Position numbers and translations under genes: made by a program. A model generated the notes under the pieces. It was not told the origin of the DNA. It searched no databases and saw only the letters and a program-made list of their open reading frames with translations. A stretch of DNA of 64,000 nt from Lepidodermella squamata. Lineage: Eukaryota > Animalia > Gastrotricha. Each line of letters begins with the position of its first letter. Positions within the stretch are counted from its first letter, which is position 1. Positions 24,120-38,900 of this stretch are shown in pieces. The DNA is taken from assembly GCA_047495785.1 (NCBI GenBank), contig JBLDXI010000026.1, forward strand, positions 496,001-560,000, in the 5' to 3' direction.

Positions 24120-26284
24120 GATCCGGAATTGCTGAATTAAAGGATCGGCTATTCGTGAGAATGATAAACAAACCGTTAACCGGCTCGTTTAAGAAGAATA
24201 AACACGTACAATATGGAGTCATTGAAGGTGGCGTATACAAAAATAGCACTACACCGCCCATATATGTCAAGGATCTATAGACATTATTATTGTGCTCGTT
24301 TCCAGTAAGTATCAACATGTCCTTATTCTAGTCACGGACAGATAAACCGTTCATTATAGAATTCATTTCGAAATTCACAGCTAGTGATACACTCCCGATT
24401 CACCGCCAATGGATGTTCCTTTTCGAAGTTGATTGGGCTCAAATTTACTTCAACTTCGAATTTACTTGCGTGACCTTGCACTCAACCACAGGAACGCATC
24501 GGACTTTTGTGGAGACTCTGAAACATTATTTAGAAATGCAGGTTGCCGGAATGTACTTACTTTATTTGAGACACTGCCGTTCCGCTCCAACGGGCAAAAT
24601 CCCCGACCTTCAGCTGAGTGTCAAGCCTCCGTCAAGATATCCCGTCCATAATTATGTGTAAATATCATAACACGAATTGTTCAAATTTTGGTTGCCCGAG
24701 TCCAAGTTGCCCTCGATCCGATGTCACCGTCCCTTGGTTCTGCGAATGATTGAATAACAAATTCGCCAAGAATGCGTCACCTTTTAAGTAGCGTGAAGAG
24801 AAACTATAGCAATCCTTTTTCTTATTGAATAATTAGATTAGGTGGGTGAAAATGTACTCTAATTGCACGCGGGTTATCCCATACCTAGATTCATAATCGT
24901 CGATGTTTGCATTTTGGAATCTGGGGATAGTGATGCTACAGCAATGACGTTGCATGATATAATTCTCGGAGATCAGCCGGCCTCACATGTAGAGACTAAT
25001 GCGATTATCGCATGTTCCTTCTTCCTATTTGAGTTCTGTTATGAATTCCCCGACAAAAATCTGCTCTCACGGATTCAATTACTCCTCTCTACTTGAGACA
25101 TGGCAGTCAGCATCGAAGAATCACATTGAACATGGAAGTTGAAGGTCCAACCCAAGAAAACAAAGAAAACCCAAATAAAAACCACAGGGTTTGGTCCGAT
25201 AACTCATCGGCCGCAATCAATCGGCCGCAATCGGCCGGAAGTATCCCAGCTCTAGGATCCCACTTCGTACAATGACCGGTCATCAGACTTGCTATAAGCC
25301 GAGCATTGGATACGTTGGAACGCTGTTAAAAGCGAGGCGACAAAATGGCACACAGCTTGTTATTCACTTATAGTCGCAAATTGCTAAAAGCTAAATTTGC
25401 AAAATTGAGGGTGGAACTGAACAGGAACATCCCAGGACATGCGGACAGTATTTAGGAGGAATAATTCCAACTTCAAAGCGAAAGGATTTTTAGCTGAGTT
25501 AATGAAGATATTTTCCGAATTATACACGAAAATTTCCAAAGTTATCCATTTTCAGGACAAAATTATGGTTAGAAGAAAAAAGACACAGCCGGAGCCAAAT
25601 TTTGATTTCAAAATTTCAAAACTACCTTCCTTGAATTTTCTGGAATTCATTGATATGAAACATTGCTATCGCCAATTTATCTTCCAGCATTATTTATCTC
25701 CCTCAAAGTTCAGTCATTCAACCATAAACCGAATCGAACCGTCAAAAAAGTCAACGAGTAATTATTTCATTTTTTATTATGTTTTTTCCTTTCAATATTT
25801 TCGGTCATTTTTCCGAGCTGAGAGACAAACGTGCAACTTGTCGCGAGTCAAAGTTAATATTAACATTCACTATTCATTATAATAATCAATAAATTATATC
25901 AATTTTCAGTCATTTACACAACAGCTCTAACTTTCTGTACATTATCATCAATATCTCGCCGAAAAATTTATTAAATGAAACGAACAAGAAAGTCTACAAA
26001 TCAAAAGGCAAAGGAAGTCTCGAATCATCAGTTTTAGCATAATAACATAAAAAATGAAAAACCAACTCAATAAGGAGGAAAGTTTGCTATAATAATATTT
26101 CAGATTTTTTACCATCAATTATTATCAAAAAAACAAGAGATGATGATGAGAGAGAAATGACGTGAGCATAATCATTAATTTTGTTCAAGCGCGTTAAAAT
26201 CGAATTTTTTACACTGATTAAGGCGGATTTTTTTATTTTAAACTCTGAAAGACATGAAATTAATTATTTTTAGCCCGATTTTCT

Positions 26285-29200
26285 TCAAGGCGTCGACGTT
26301 TCGGACGATGACCCGCCGCCGTTTTGCTGCGCGACCATAACCAACTGGCGATACTCGGCATCTGGGTTGTAGCCGATAACTCGCCGTTGTAGTACCATCG
26401 ACACCTCAGACATAGCCGGGCGGCGCGACGGATCGGCCCGCCAGCACTCTTCCATAAGGCACGCCAACTCAGCCGGGCAGTAGGGCGACGGGATACGCGG
26501 CAAATACGTCTCATCATTCGACAGCTTACAAATGTGGGACGCTACGGCGGTTTCGTTTAGATGCGGCAGGGGTAGTAGGACCTCAGTCGGGGCGGGCGAG
26601 TAGGAAACTGTGCCCCAGGCTAGCAGCTCCCACAGGGTGACTGCAAATGACCAAACGTCGGATTTCGCCGAGTAGTCACCCGCTAGCAGGACCTCCGGCG
26701 CTGCCCACCTTACCGCGACCGGGCGATTCGCGCCTCGGCTCGATAGCGGCGTGTTCGGTTGCGAATACAGCCGCTGGTACCGTGTCCTAGCCGCGGCCGT
26801 GTCGGAGAGTTTCAGGACTAGCCCGACGCCGACGAAGCAATTCCGCGAGCCGACATCGCCGTGGCACATATGCGCGACTGAGTCCATGTACCTGAGTGCC
26901 GAACTCAACTGCGAGGCGAGATGGAGCCGGCAGGATAGCGATAGGTACGAGCTGTGATCTGCTAACAAATCAACCATATCGCCTAATTTCGGCAGTTCAT
27001 GCACTAAAATATTCGCCTGCATCGACTGGCCGACGACTAGCGATATGTTAGGGTGGTTCAAAATCGTTAGCAGCCGGCATTCCGAGGCGAATTGATCGCG
27101 AGACAGATCCGGCGCGTTCGGGAAGAGGCGTTTCACCAAAACTAGGGCAGACGATACGGACTGGTCGTTTGACCTAATTTCGCAGATGGTAATCTCGCCG
27201 AATTGCCCGCGGCCGAGCGTTTCGACGAGCAGCAACGACTCAGGGTCGATTTCGGCGACGAATCGTTCTTCAACCTCGGTCAACAACTGCTGGGCCTGTT
27301 CATCCAGATCGTTCGCCGTCGCGCTGAGATTCGCCAAAATCGGCAGGGTGTTGCCGCAGGACCCGGTCCCGCACCCTGGCCCAGCCCTAGCGCCTAGGTC
27401 GTAGGCGCTCAGGCGTGACGTGGTGTTATTGCCGGTCATTAGATGAGTCGAAGGCCGGCCGGTTGTTCGCGGCGAGGCGACCGATGTCCCAACATGCCAC
27501 CTACGACCCGCGGCCGGGGAGATCCAGCGGCCCAGGGTGCCCATAGTCGGAGCATTCCCGTTGTTGCTGTTCTGAATAAACTGGCGTTGATGGCTCGAAT
27601 TCGGGGAGATAACGTTCGGCGGCATCGGGGCGCGGATGGTGGGGAGGAACCCTGGCTGCTCATGAGGCGGGCTCACCGTCACCCCGAACGCGAGATGGCC
27701 CGAATTCGGGGGTGAGGTCAGCGCGTTAGGCATGAACCCTAGCGATGTCGCGGTTGTTGTCCAGTCAGAATTCACGCTGACCAACAACTGGCGGCTCCCG
27801 TAGGGTTTCTCAGCGGATCCATTGATATCAGGGGCGCCGGTCGAGTGGGGCGGCGAGGCGGAACCCGGCCCGGCTGAGGTGCTAGCCGCCGAGCCGCTAC
27901 TGCCGTTCGCCAGCATACACGCCTCATCGTCATGCAAAACCGACCTGAGATCTCTCAAATCACCCCTGGGGCCCAGGGCGCAAGGCCGGTAGACAAAGGC
28001 GGCACTCGGGCGCTTCAGACCCCCTGATTCAATCGAAACACCCCGCCTTCGCTTTAACCTCCGCCGCCTGATAACACAAGCGAGGACCACCACGAAAATC
28101 AACAGGGTGACTGCTAGGATCGATCCGACTACAATTGCGATGAACTCTTCGCTCAACGGCCGCAGCTCGATTATCGGTTTCGTAATCAACTGCCGATCGG
28201 GCACCACCGCCGGTTCGGTGCTAGGACTGGTCGAGGCCGTGCTATCCGCCTCGCTATTCACGTCAACATTCTCCGTCGAGTCATCGCTGGTTAAATGGCC
28301 CTCCTTAAGCCGTTTCGACAGCTCCTCATCGATGATATTCGTCATTTGCGTCGTAATTTTCCCACGCCCTGGCTTGCCCGTTTTCCACTTATTCGGGTCT
28401 TTGTTACCTGGTTTCTTCGATTTTTCCGATTTTTTCGTCGAGGTCGAAGTCAGGGTGGTTGTCGATGGCGGAATTGGTGTCGTAGTACTCGGCGTCGTCG
28501 ACGTAGTAGTCGTCACAGTCGTTTCAGCGGTTATCAGCGCTAAATCACTCGCTGGAACCGATTCGAAATGAACCTCGCTTATCGCAATCCATTGCGACGC
28601 GAAAAGCATCGTCATTTTAACGTATCGGCCGATTGTTTTCGATAGATCGATACGAATCGACTCAGGGTGGGCAGAATCCGACCGGACCGGCCTGGTTTCA
28701 ACGGCTTTTTGAAACCAAACCCCACCGATGGAGAATTCGAGTTTAACATAAGCCGGCGTTCTCACGTCTAATTTCGGGTCGTTTGACGTGTGGATGATTG
28801 CTGACGAGAAGTTGCGGACGCTGTCGAATTCGAATAGGATGCGGATGGGTTGGCCGTTGTTGCGCCATGCGACGGATCGCAGCAGGTTTCGCGAGTCGGG
28901 CTGTTGCGGGTTGGCGCCGGGTTCCAGCTGGCCGTCCATCAGGAGGCCGAGGCCTTGAACCCAACTGCCGTTTGAGAATGTACCGTCGTAGCGCGAGTCG
29001 TCTAGCAGAGCGTCGCCGAGACGGTCGCCGGGCGGGGTTGAATAGCTGACGTAGCCACCTTGGGAAAAAAATTGATAAAATATTAATAAATAGATGGACA
29101 AATTATTTTCCGAAAATTTACCAGAATTAACAAAAATTACTTCAAATTTCAAAATTTCGAAAATTCTTGGAAATACAGTATTTACAAAATTTAGAAAATT

Positions 29201-32200
29201 TGGCCCTGCAATTTTTTATTTGATGAGACATGACCTGAATAAACGAAAAAAATTCCCAAAGCTTCTAAAATAATTCCTTTTCTAAATTAGCAAACAACTT
29301 TTCAAATTCGAGCGATTTTTTTAAAAGATCCAATGCACAAAATTGAGCACAATTTTTAGATTTTCTCATGATAAGTAATAAAATTCCAAAATAAATCAGA
29401 AAAATTCAGCCCGACTAGAGGCAATTCGCTGCCGCCAAGAAAATGACCGATGAATATTCGCGATTATCGCAAATTTCCGAGCTGAAAACTTCTATTGAAA
29501 TGTTCCAGCCAATTTCTTTGCGAAATTTCACCTCATCAAAAAATTTAAAAAAATCATCTTTTTCAAATAATTCAAGACTTATTCAGATATTACAGATTAT
29601 TTTGCTAAATTGGCAATATTTTCTTCCTGTCATGTCTCATTTTTTCTTCCTTTTTCATCCTTATTTTTTATGAATGAATGCTGAATCTAGATGAAGTGTA
29701 TAATATATAAGTATTTACTTTTATCTCGACAGCCGTAGAATCCAAGATGCAGGCAGATCTTTTTGGCTGGCGCGTCAGCCGGCTGCAGCGGTACAATGCG
29801 AATGAACCGTGCGAGCAGGGGCGGGTCCAGCGCCGTCAGCTCGATGCCACTCGAGTCGTCGTTGCCCTTCATCACCTGAAACGTCACAAACAATTGTAAT
29901 ATCACATCGTGCCATCAAAGTAAACACTTGACTCAAATATAAGTCATATTAATAATACCCGAAAATTATTACAATCAAACAGCCATTTATCATCATCATC
30001 GCCTTGTTACACGGTTCATTGCCTTAAATTGTATGCCTATTAGGGTGGCCGATAATGAAACAATAAAAGGTGCCCGCGACGAGAAAGTTGTTTACTTTGT
30101 TTCGGTCCGTTTATTACGCCTGATTTGACCCTGCGCGTTCAAATAACTGGACGCAATAATATAAGTTGTCTTTTTCGAAAAATATTGTTGTGCCGCGGAG
30201 AAAAATCGAATTATATACCCGCTCTATAAATTTGTTTACGGCAAAAACTTGTTGTCTGCTTCGTCGTATTTTTAAGGCGATTAAACCAGGGGCGTCGGAT
30301 GAATTATCATTATCGTTATTATTTTTCATATATACAGCCAAGATTTCGGCTGTAAAACGAAATAAAACACAAAGCCCTGAGGGATGCTTGCCGATATATA
30401 TACAAAAAGGCCAATTTAGCCTGCACTTGTCGTCGTGTTTTTGTTTACGCCAGGTACTTACTATTACAGCGATGATAGAAATAAATATGCAAATACGACG
30501 TAACACTTTTTGAATTATAAGGTGGTTGTGGTTGACCGTTGGCCGATTCATATAAAATGCACGATAAACAGGTGTGAGAGAGCGTGGTAATAAAACACAC
30601 CACGACGCGCAATTATCGGAAATAAATGCGATAAATTTTATTATTATGGAAATCAGACACAAGCGACAACAATGTAAACGGCGTCGCTAGGAAGTCGCTA
30701 AGCGCGGGTTGGAATTAAACCACAGACAATATGGGAAAAATAGCCATAAATTGACCCCAATCATCGCAGAGGGAAAAATTGGAAAAAAAATTTGATTAAG
30801 GAGGATTTTTAATAAAAATTAGAAAATTAAATTACACCCCAAATTCAAAATTTTATAATTTATAAAATTCATAAATTATATTTTTGTCAAAAAAATTCTC
30901 ACCTCAGCTCCGTTGAAGAGTCGATAAACTTTCCAAGTTTCGTTAGATTTTCGCTTAAATTCGATGCGATAACGTTCGACGTATTCATTGGTCGCCAACA
31001 GGCGGCCTTTCGTAAGTACGCCGCGGAAATAGTACAACGCGCCGTAGTCGATTTGCAGCCATTCCGACTGGTCGGTGGGCCGGTCGAACCCAGGGTGAAC
31101 GTAGCCGCGCGAGCACCAGCCTTCACCCTCGAGTCGCACCTGGTTAGCGTCGAAATTACCCTCGTAAGAACTCGCCGTTAACACGGCTTTATCGCCAACT
31201 GTTTTCAGCAATTCGTCATTATCCTGCTGGCCGCAGCTTAATGATCCTGAAAAAAATTATAATTAATATTATTAATCATTCAATTAATTAATTTTCCGTC
31301 ATCAATTTCTCATATGTGCCTAAACTAATTATTTAATTAGGCCCAATTTTTCGAGTCAAATACGACAGCACGGAAACGGGTGCGACGAGCGACAGATGTC
31401 AGGCGCGAGATCAAGTCATCTGCCAGTCGCCCGGCTACTACTGGTTATCGCATAGCATTTGAGCCTATTTGCCAATATATAACTATATAATAATAACATT
31501 GGCCGCAACTTGCGCAACACATTTGGCGACGGACTAAGAGGGGGGGGGGGTGGGTCTTCGTTCGCACCCGCTAGGTCAGCCAGCTTATCGTCAGACCGGC
31601 GCCAAAATCGAAGCCGATAATGCCCAGCTTAGTTGCGTAACGCGCTGATCAATCGCACACACATCGCAGGCTTCTCTTTTATACTAATATTTATTATTAT
31701 TACCCGTCGCCCGTATTTATTACATTACTCAATGTTTGCTAACAAGCTAATGGCCGGAATCAATTGGATTTGAGACCCTTTATTATTATCATCACGATAT
31801 CGCCTATTGTCTAGCCGGGCTAGAAATTTGTCACAACTCGACGAGGTCATTTCACTGAGAGAATTAAATCACGACGACAGCCACCTTAATGAAAATAATT
31901 TGAAAACAATGCGTGCTTGAGGTGTCAATGATCTTATTTTAAGGTCGCGCTGTATTATTTCTAATTATCACAAGACCGCTGACCCGTATGAGTAGACGCG
32001 TGCCGAGTGCGCCTCACCGCCCCTATGCGCCACCCTACCTTGCCCACTCAACGTGTCAAGTGGCGACATAGGTGTGAAGCGTTTAAACATTATTTCGCAA
32101 TCATTCACGCCACCGAGTTCCCATATGGCCAGCTACTAAAAATGGCAGCAAATCATTATTATTAGACTACCGGCGGCTTGTCGCCTAAGCTCAGACGGCT

Positions 32201-32911
32201 TATCTGGGCAAGCAGATGGCGAGCGATCTCACGATAATAGCCGCAAACCGGTAAACACTGAATTGTTTACTCATAATCTTATTAAAAATGCCGGTGAAAG
32301 TTAAACGCGGTCACCTGTTGCAAAGATAGATGAAAAATTTCGTTTTAATCAAGTCACGTATTCAAAATTCTTAGCGAGCCGTCACGCGAAAAATTACCGC
32401 TATAAAAACAAAACGTGATTGACGTAACAAACAGCGAGCGTTCGGAATTCGAGTGTACAAAAGGCTCTCAGGCGTTGCCGACAGATAAATATTATTTATT
32501 GCGCGAAATCGTAACATAACAACGCACCGTTCAATTTCCCGTGCCGCCGTCGTACTATACTAACTACTACTATAAAGGTGAAAATTGCTGCGCGGTTAGA
32601 CACCCTCGAAGCGCCGGGTGACGGTTATACGCGAAAGTACGCACTTGAAATTATTAAGGCGGCGGTAAATATTTGCGCGATTTTTTCGGCGCGCGCGCGT
32701 CAAGAGGCGCGGCGGTGCTATTATCTTTGCGCGAACAGCCGCATCCTATGGTTACCTAAACCGGTTCGAACACTTGACGCGCCACTTGTCGTAATGCCTA
32801 AATTGAGTAAGTATAAGTAGACGTAAATATAAACGCACCTGAAACAGCCGCGATCGAGATCGAGATGGCGACGGTGATGTGAAGTAAAAATTCCACCTTA
32901 AAAATTCGCAT
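26285..32911 (-). CDS. Ddr: Discoidin domain receptor tyrosine kinase-like protein; exons 32911-32839 (signal peptide, inferred), 31246-30903, 29875-29719, 29058-26285
   Basis: F5/8C domain (ASS..GWC..EWLQID..TKGR..EYV; LDPPLLARFIRIVP..CLHLGFYGC) and DS-like domain (DSRYDG, GLGLLMDG, FEFDSVRNFS, WIAISEVHF). Then a Thr-rich stalk, TM helix and kinase (LGRGQFGE, VRWAAPE, KSDVWSFAVTLWE). Splice phases are compatible. First exon reads MRIFKVEFLLHITVAISISIAAVSG with a gtgcgt donor. Confidence 0.9.
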
Positions 32912-35900
32912 TTGTCAAGTTTTCGCGTTTTTCTCACGATAACAGAAGCGAATTTTCGACAGCAGATGATGTCATAAGTAAACAGCGGCAAAAATTGTGT
33001 GAAATATTAAATATCAAGTCTCTATAGGAATAAAAATAAACAAAACGGGAATTATTGTTATTATTTTAGCTGACAAGTAGAAATTTTTCCTGTAAAATAA
33101 TAGCGTCTTTTGGGCTGCAAGCGGCGGTCAATTACGAGCCTAAAATATGAAGAGCGAGAGAGATATATGCATTATAGCGATAGAGACATGAATGGGCCAA
33201 ACGAATGAAAATTTTACCATCGTAGTCATAATCCACGATGCGATGCTAGTAACAATAATACAATATTTACAATTTATGCCGGGGTATCATCGCCGCGCGC
33301 AATGTGGACACGAGTGGGGGTGAACTCTCGCGAAACACAGGAAGACATGATAATAAAAGTTGGCCCTAATAAAACCGTAGTTGCAGTAAATTTATACATG
33401 TAGCGTTCTATACAGCATAAAATCGAAATTATATAGCGGTCATCATTATAAACAAACACATTCTCGTTGTAAGATAGATACTTTAGCTACGTTCAAAACA
33501 CAGGGTGCCTCGTTCTATGAATATTATAAAAATAGCCAGCAGAGTAATAAAACGACGGCAACACTTCATTTCCTGGGCCATTAATACGGCTATTAAGGAG
33601 TAAAGGAGCCAAGCGGGGGTGTGTAAAATTGTAAGTGAAAGTTTTTCGCCGCCGATAAACAGCTGTTCCAATAAATATATTGAATCGCTTATTACTCGTA
33701 GTATGGGCGAGAAAAGGGCTACTATGCACTACTACTTGGTCACCGCGTGAGACTTTGTGTGTCGCTAGTCACTCGGCCAATCAGCGCGCGCCGTGTGCGC
33801 ACACCCTCCCATGCTCATGAATATTAATGCGCCAGCCGGGTGGACACAAACGCGACAACAACTCGCGCTGAGAAAATTAGCACGGCGGGAAACAAAAAAT
33901 GCAAATTGCATATACAACATTTGTATTATAATTAGCTATATATACAGCAGACCAGAGCTAAATCCTATTTTTGCTAAATTTGATAATAATGATAACGCGA
34001 TGAACAAAACAACAAGATCGGCTAAAAAATCGACCCGCGAATAAGGCAGCGCATTCGTGTTATTTCTAGCCGCCATGATCCATCTCGCTGCCCCTAGAGT
34101 GCATTATACTTCAACGCGCGGTCAGTTGCGGCCGGGCGCTAAAAAAAAATCACGCGCAAATAATAATTTATATTGCGCGCGCATACATTTCGGCGATCTG
34201 ATCGGAACGCCCGCGCGATTGACTCGCGGACTACTACTATCTATTTCGGTGTAATTTCTTTATCAAAACAATAGAAAATCGCGCCGCGGCTATATGCGCC
34301 GCAATTTAGCACGCCGATATAACTGTTATTATAACATTAAATTCTAGTCATGATTTCATCATATCGTTATTATTAAAAAATCAAGAGGGATGAACAATAT
34401 GCGGAAATATTTTTTTAACCGCAAGATTTTTGCACCGAGGAAAATTGAATAAAAATTGCGAGGGGCGAGAAAATTATAAAGTTATTAAGGAGGAGGAAGC
34501 GAAAAAATAGATGTGTCGGTCGAGTGTTTGGGGGACGCGTTGAGCAACAAGAAGCGGACGCGTAATCCGGTCGTAGGCGCGCGACTTGAAAAACGAGCCG
34601 TCGTGTTATGATTGCGATTAATAGGCCGTGGGAGTAATCGTCGTCTTAGATGAGCCTACTGGTATTACTTTTATTGTTATAACCAGCAGCTCGGCAAGCA
34701 GCGCTGGGTGGCGATAAATGGTCGGCTTATAAATATAACGAGATAAAAGGATGAGCGCGCTCGAGAGCGAGGCCGAGCTCTACAAAAGCAAGCGATGCGG
34801 CTCAATGCCGCCGAGCCGCAGACAAAGGCGCGTACAACTTGCCTGTGCGTTGATGCTTGTCAACGCCGCCTTAATACGCGCAAACGGTGCGCACACGCGC
34901 GCTTATACTAGTTGTAATATATTCAACCTTTTACTTATTTTACAACTGCGACAGTACGACAATAAAACATCGTTTTCGCTGTCGCGAGATGCAGATAATA
35001 CGCGCTCGGCTCGGCCCACTCGAGGCCGGGATGCCGAATAAACACGATGCGCGCCGACGCTGTCTTGAAATTGCGAGATAAAAGAGCGTAAACAGCAGCA
35101 GCAGCAGCAGCAGCGCCCGGCCCCGTTTTGCTACAACACAAGGGCGCCCGTTCAAAATAACCTGTCAGATTTTTTTTCGTCGTTATATCTTGCTCGCTGC
35201 ATCGGACAGGTTCAACAGGGCGCCTGTCTACGACGTTCTCGAGGCAAATAAAAACAAAAACAAGTGTTGTTGTTTTGTTACCAATTAACTAGTCAGACAA
35301 CGGCTGAAGAGCTCTAATTTCTCTTAAGTAAACTCGCCTCAGGAGAGGCAACTTTGACGCCAAAATGTCATCGCGAGACCATTGTTAGAAACGCAAGATT
35401 GTCTTATAATATTGCCCTAATGAGAGAAAAAATGATAAGATGGCTGTGGAAATTTCTCGAAGCTCACATAATTCGTAATATTTCAACAAAAAATGTAAAA
35501 AAAATCCTCAAAAATCGCACAAGATTTGATAGAAAAAATAATTAAGGAGGAATTTTTAAATATCGAGCAACTAACTTGACTTACGGTCTGATAATTTTAT
35601 CTACATCAAATTGATATTTGATTAAACGAAATCAATTGGAAATCGTTAAAACCGATTATGGGACTTTTAAAAATTCCGAAAAAATCTTTAAAAATCAGCT
35701 TGTTGATTTTCTAACGATATTTCAAGAGGTAAGAACAACAAGTGTTAAGGAGTAAGATGGTAATGATTTCAAAGCTGGTGGTTTCACCTTGCGGCGGCGG
35801 CCGCCAAAAGCGACGATTGAGTAGCCGGTGGCGCGTGTCCGGCGCCGCCCGCCCGCCTGCCGCCCGGGTCGGCGCCGAAATGCTCGACTGGCAATCTCGC

Positions 35901-38900
35901 GCCTAATAATCAGTGTGAACAACAAACGCGGGCGAAGATCATTAGCCGGCTACTACTAAACAACTAATAAACAACAGATCGTAAATGTGTAGAGATGCCT
36001 GTATTATAGCAGTAGTAGTAGAAGTACTACAAGAAGAAGATGCGCGATAATTTTTACAAATTTGGCGCATTTTCGGTTTTGGCGTCGCCTTTGTCTGCGA
36101 AACCCCGTCCGCACGCCGACAAGAGGCGTCGTTTTACTAATTGACTTTCCGTTCAAGAGGCGACGCCAAACAGACAAGAAAACTTGAACATCCGAAATCC
36201 GACGCATCAAAATTTTTCTAAAAAGGGGATTAGCCAGCCGGTTGGTTGTAATTTATCTATTTGCTATTATAATAAATAGCCAAAAATTTATTGTTGTATC
36301 GCTGCTGCTGCTACTTATTAGTATTGCTAAAAACGGCCGCGGCTGATTACGCGCCGAGAAATAATAAGTTATTGCGCAATGCCATTGACGCATCTTCAAC
36401 GGCCCTTAGGGCGAAAGTAATTAAGGCGACTGGTAATTAGCCAAATTCTACACGGCTCGCAGGTATTAAACCCAGCGGGTGGCGACCGCATGAGAAAACA
36501 GCCCCTCGACAGAAACGGTGACATGGCAAATTATCTACGCTAATTCAGAAATAAAAATACCAACCGCAACCAGCCACTATATGAATGAATGAACGTAAAA
36601 ATAAAGGTGGTAGTGTACAAATAGCTGCGATGAGACTGCTGATGCTGATTAAACAGCACGCCGTGTAAATGATGATCAGTCAGTCAGTCAGTCGGGTCGT
36701 AAAAGAAGAAGAAGAAGAAGAGTTAGTGCTATATAGATGGGATGGGTTATAAAATATTGTTTACGGATGCGCTTATTTATATAATCCGCGCGCGCGATCC
36801 GCCTTAATAACACTCGAAATTATTAGTAGTAGTCGGTTTGGTTTCACGGCTGCTGTTGTTTCACGGCAACGATGTTTTGTTAGCGGAAGAAAGTATCGCT
36901 GTGCGTTTTGTGGAAAAACAAAGCAGCCAGCGAGCAGAAGACGCGCGGGGCTGGGTTCGGTTTACAAACACACTGATCGAGGCGTCGAAATTACCGCGTG
37001 CCACAAAAACATAAACACGCGAATTAATCGCTACTAACCCAAGTTTTTTCGCGCGCCCGTAAACATGGCCAAAAATCTAAGGGCGTTGTTAAAAGTCACG
37101 TCCCTTCGAGCAGCAGCGGAGATAACAGCAGCAGACCGGGGCCGGTAAACACACACAGGAAGTTTTTCGAGCGACAAAGAAAGTAACAGGAAGCGAGAAA
37201 ATGATAAAAGCTCGTGAGCAAATTTGCCTTCCATCGCCAGCCGGCGGCGGTGCTTTGTTCTTCAAAATGACAAAGCACGCGTTTCGTGTAAAAGTTATTA
37301 CAATAATTGTAACGCGATGCCGTTAAAACCTGTAAAAATTCGCCAGGCGATGAAAAATTGAATAAAAACAATAAAAAGTGTGTTTTTAGCTGGTGTGTTG
37401 AAAAGCCACCAACCAGCCAGGCAATAAAAACCGTCGCCCCACGCGCCAGCTAGTAGGTCATCGCACAGACGAAGAACAAACAAGTAAAATGGCCATGATG
37501 TGTGTTAGGCCGAAAAATTTGCGTGACTTTTGACGTCATTATTATTATTACTGTCATTACCACACACACATACATACAGCAGTGTAAAAAGATGCATGGA
37601 TGCGAAGGCGCGGTATGGTGGTGTTTAACCGGCGTCAAAAACTTGTAAAAATGCACGTGTTGACGATGATATCTAAATAATAAACATTTTATTACACCTT
37701 AAATGAGCAATGAGTGAGTGAGCGAGGTTAGGAGAAGCAAAAAAAAATTTTGAATAAAAATAGCGCGTGCTTTTAAGGCGGATTTTTCATGTATTATTAT
37801 TTTCTAAAAACGCGCGCGCAGTGCAACATTGCGCACGTGTTTATTTCACCGGCAATTCGTGATAAATTCCGACGCTGAATGCTTTATAAAAGCTGACCGG
37901 TGCTCGTCGACAGGAAAAAAGGTCATTTAGCCGGCGCCGGGCCTGCGGCAGGCGGCGGCCAGGTGCCAGCCAGGAAATTCGAGCTCACTTTGCGCACACG
38001 GAGATTTTCGAGATAACTCGAGGCGATGTGGTCATTTTGTTGTTGTTGTTGCTGGTTGTCACCTTGGCGTTGTGTCGACGATGTCGCGGCTCGGTGGTGT
38101 CGTCGCACACAATCGCCAATGTGCGTTTTGCACATTTTCCCGAGCGAGAGCGAAACTCGATATAGTATCGCAGAGGTGTTTCCAGCATGAGTAAGGGTGA
38201 TGCAACAGGGGCGGTGTCTGATCGCTAAAAATGATTTCGCAAGGGCGGGTCCCGCCTTTTTACGGCCAAATGGCGCCTTCAGATAGCGATCGACGTTCAA
38301 AAACCGTAATTACAACCGCGCCGCACACACTTTGAATTTGACGCATCACTCATCGCATCGGCGCCATTAATATTATTGGGGTGAGAAGATAAAGTATATA
38401 TATCGGAAGCCTTTCACTGTATCGCGCTCACCTTTTGGCGTACATTTCAGTACAAGATTAATGCGCGCGGCTCACGCGCTCTCTGAAGACGAAATGATGC
38501 GCTGCACTCAAAATTAAGGTGGAGATCGCCTGCCGTGATCGAATTAGCCCGGGCGCGTGCGTCTCGCGATAAATCACGCCCGCCTTTGATCCGCACCGCT
38601 GCCACTAACTACGTCTCGTGTCAAATAGTACTAACAATGTTCGCCCATTCATAATTCGAATTTACGCCCATCAATCAGCCGATATGTATTGGTTACTAAG
38701 AACAAAATATCCAATCACAGGCGATGGAAGAAGGAGATGAAACGAAGCGAAACCACAGACCTTGTCGCTATCATGACCAAGGGTGATTGATTAATCAAAC
38801 AATTAATCCAGCTCAAAATCGAAGTTCGATTGTCAACATTGAATTTAATATCTAATATGAGCAATATTAATAATATATTGAATAAAATTGGCGCGAAAAA

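Larger units (their letters stand above)
20558..25140 (+). repeat. Segmental duplicate of the A+B two-gene unit (matches ~10540-14800; its right part also matches ~17500-19260)
   Basis: Long colinear non-coding identity, e.g. cagaatagattcagtttctattttt at 10541 and ~20559, and matching flanks of the B genes. Confidence 0.85.
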
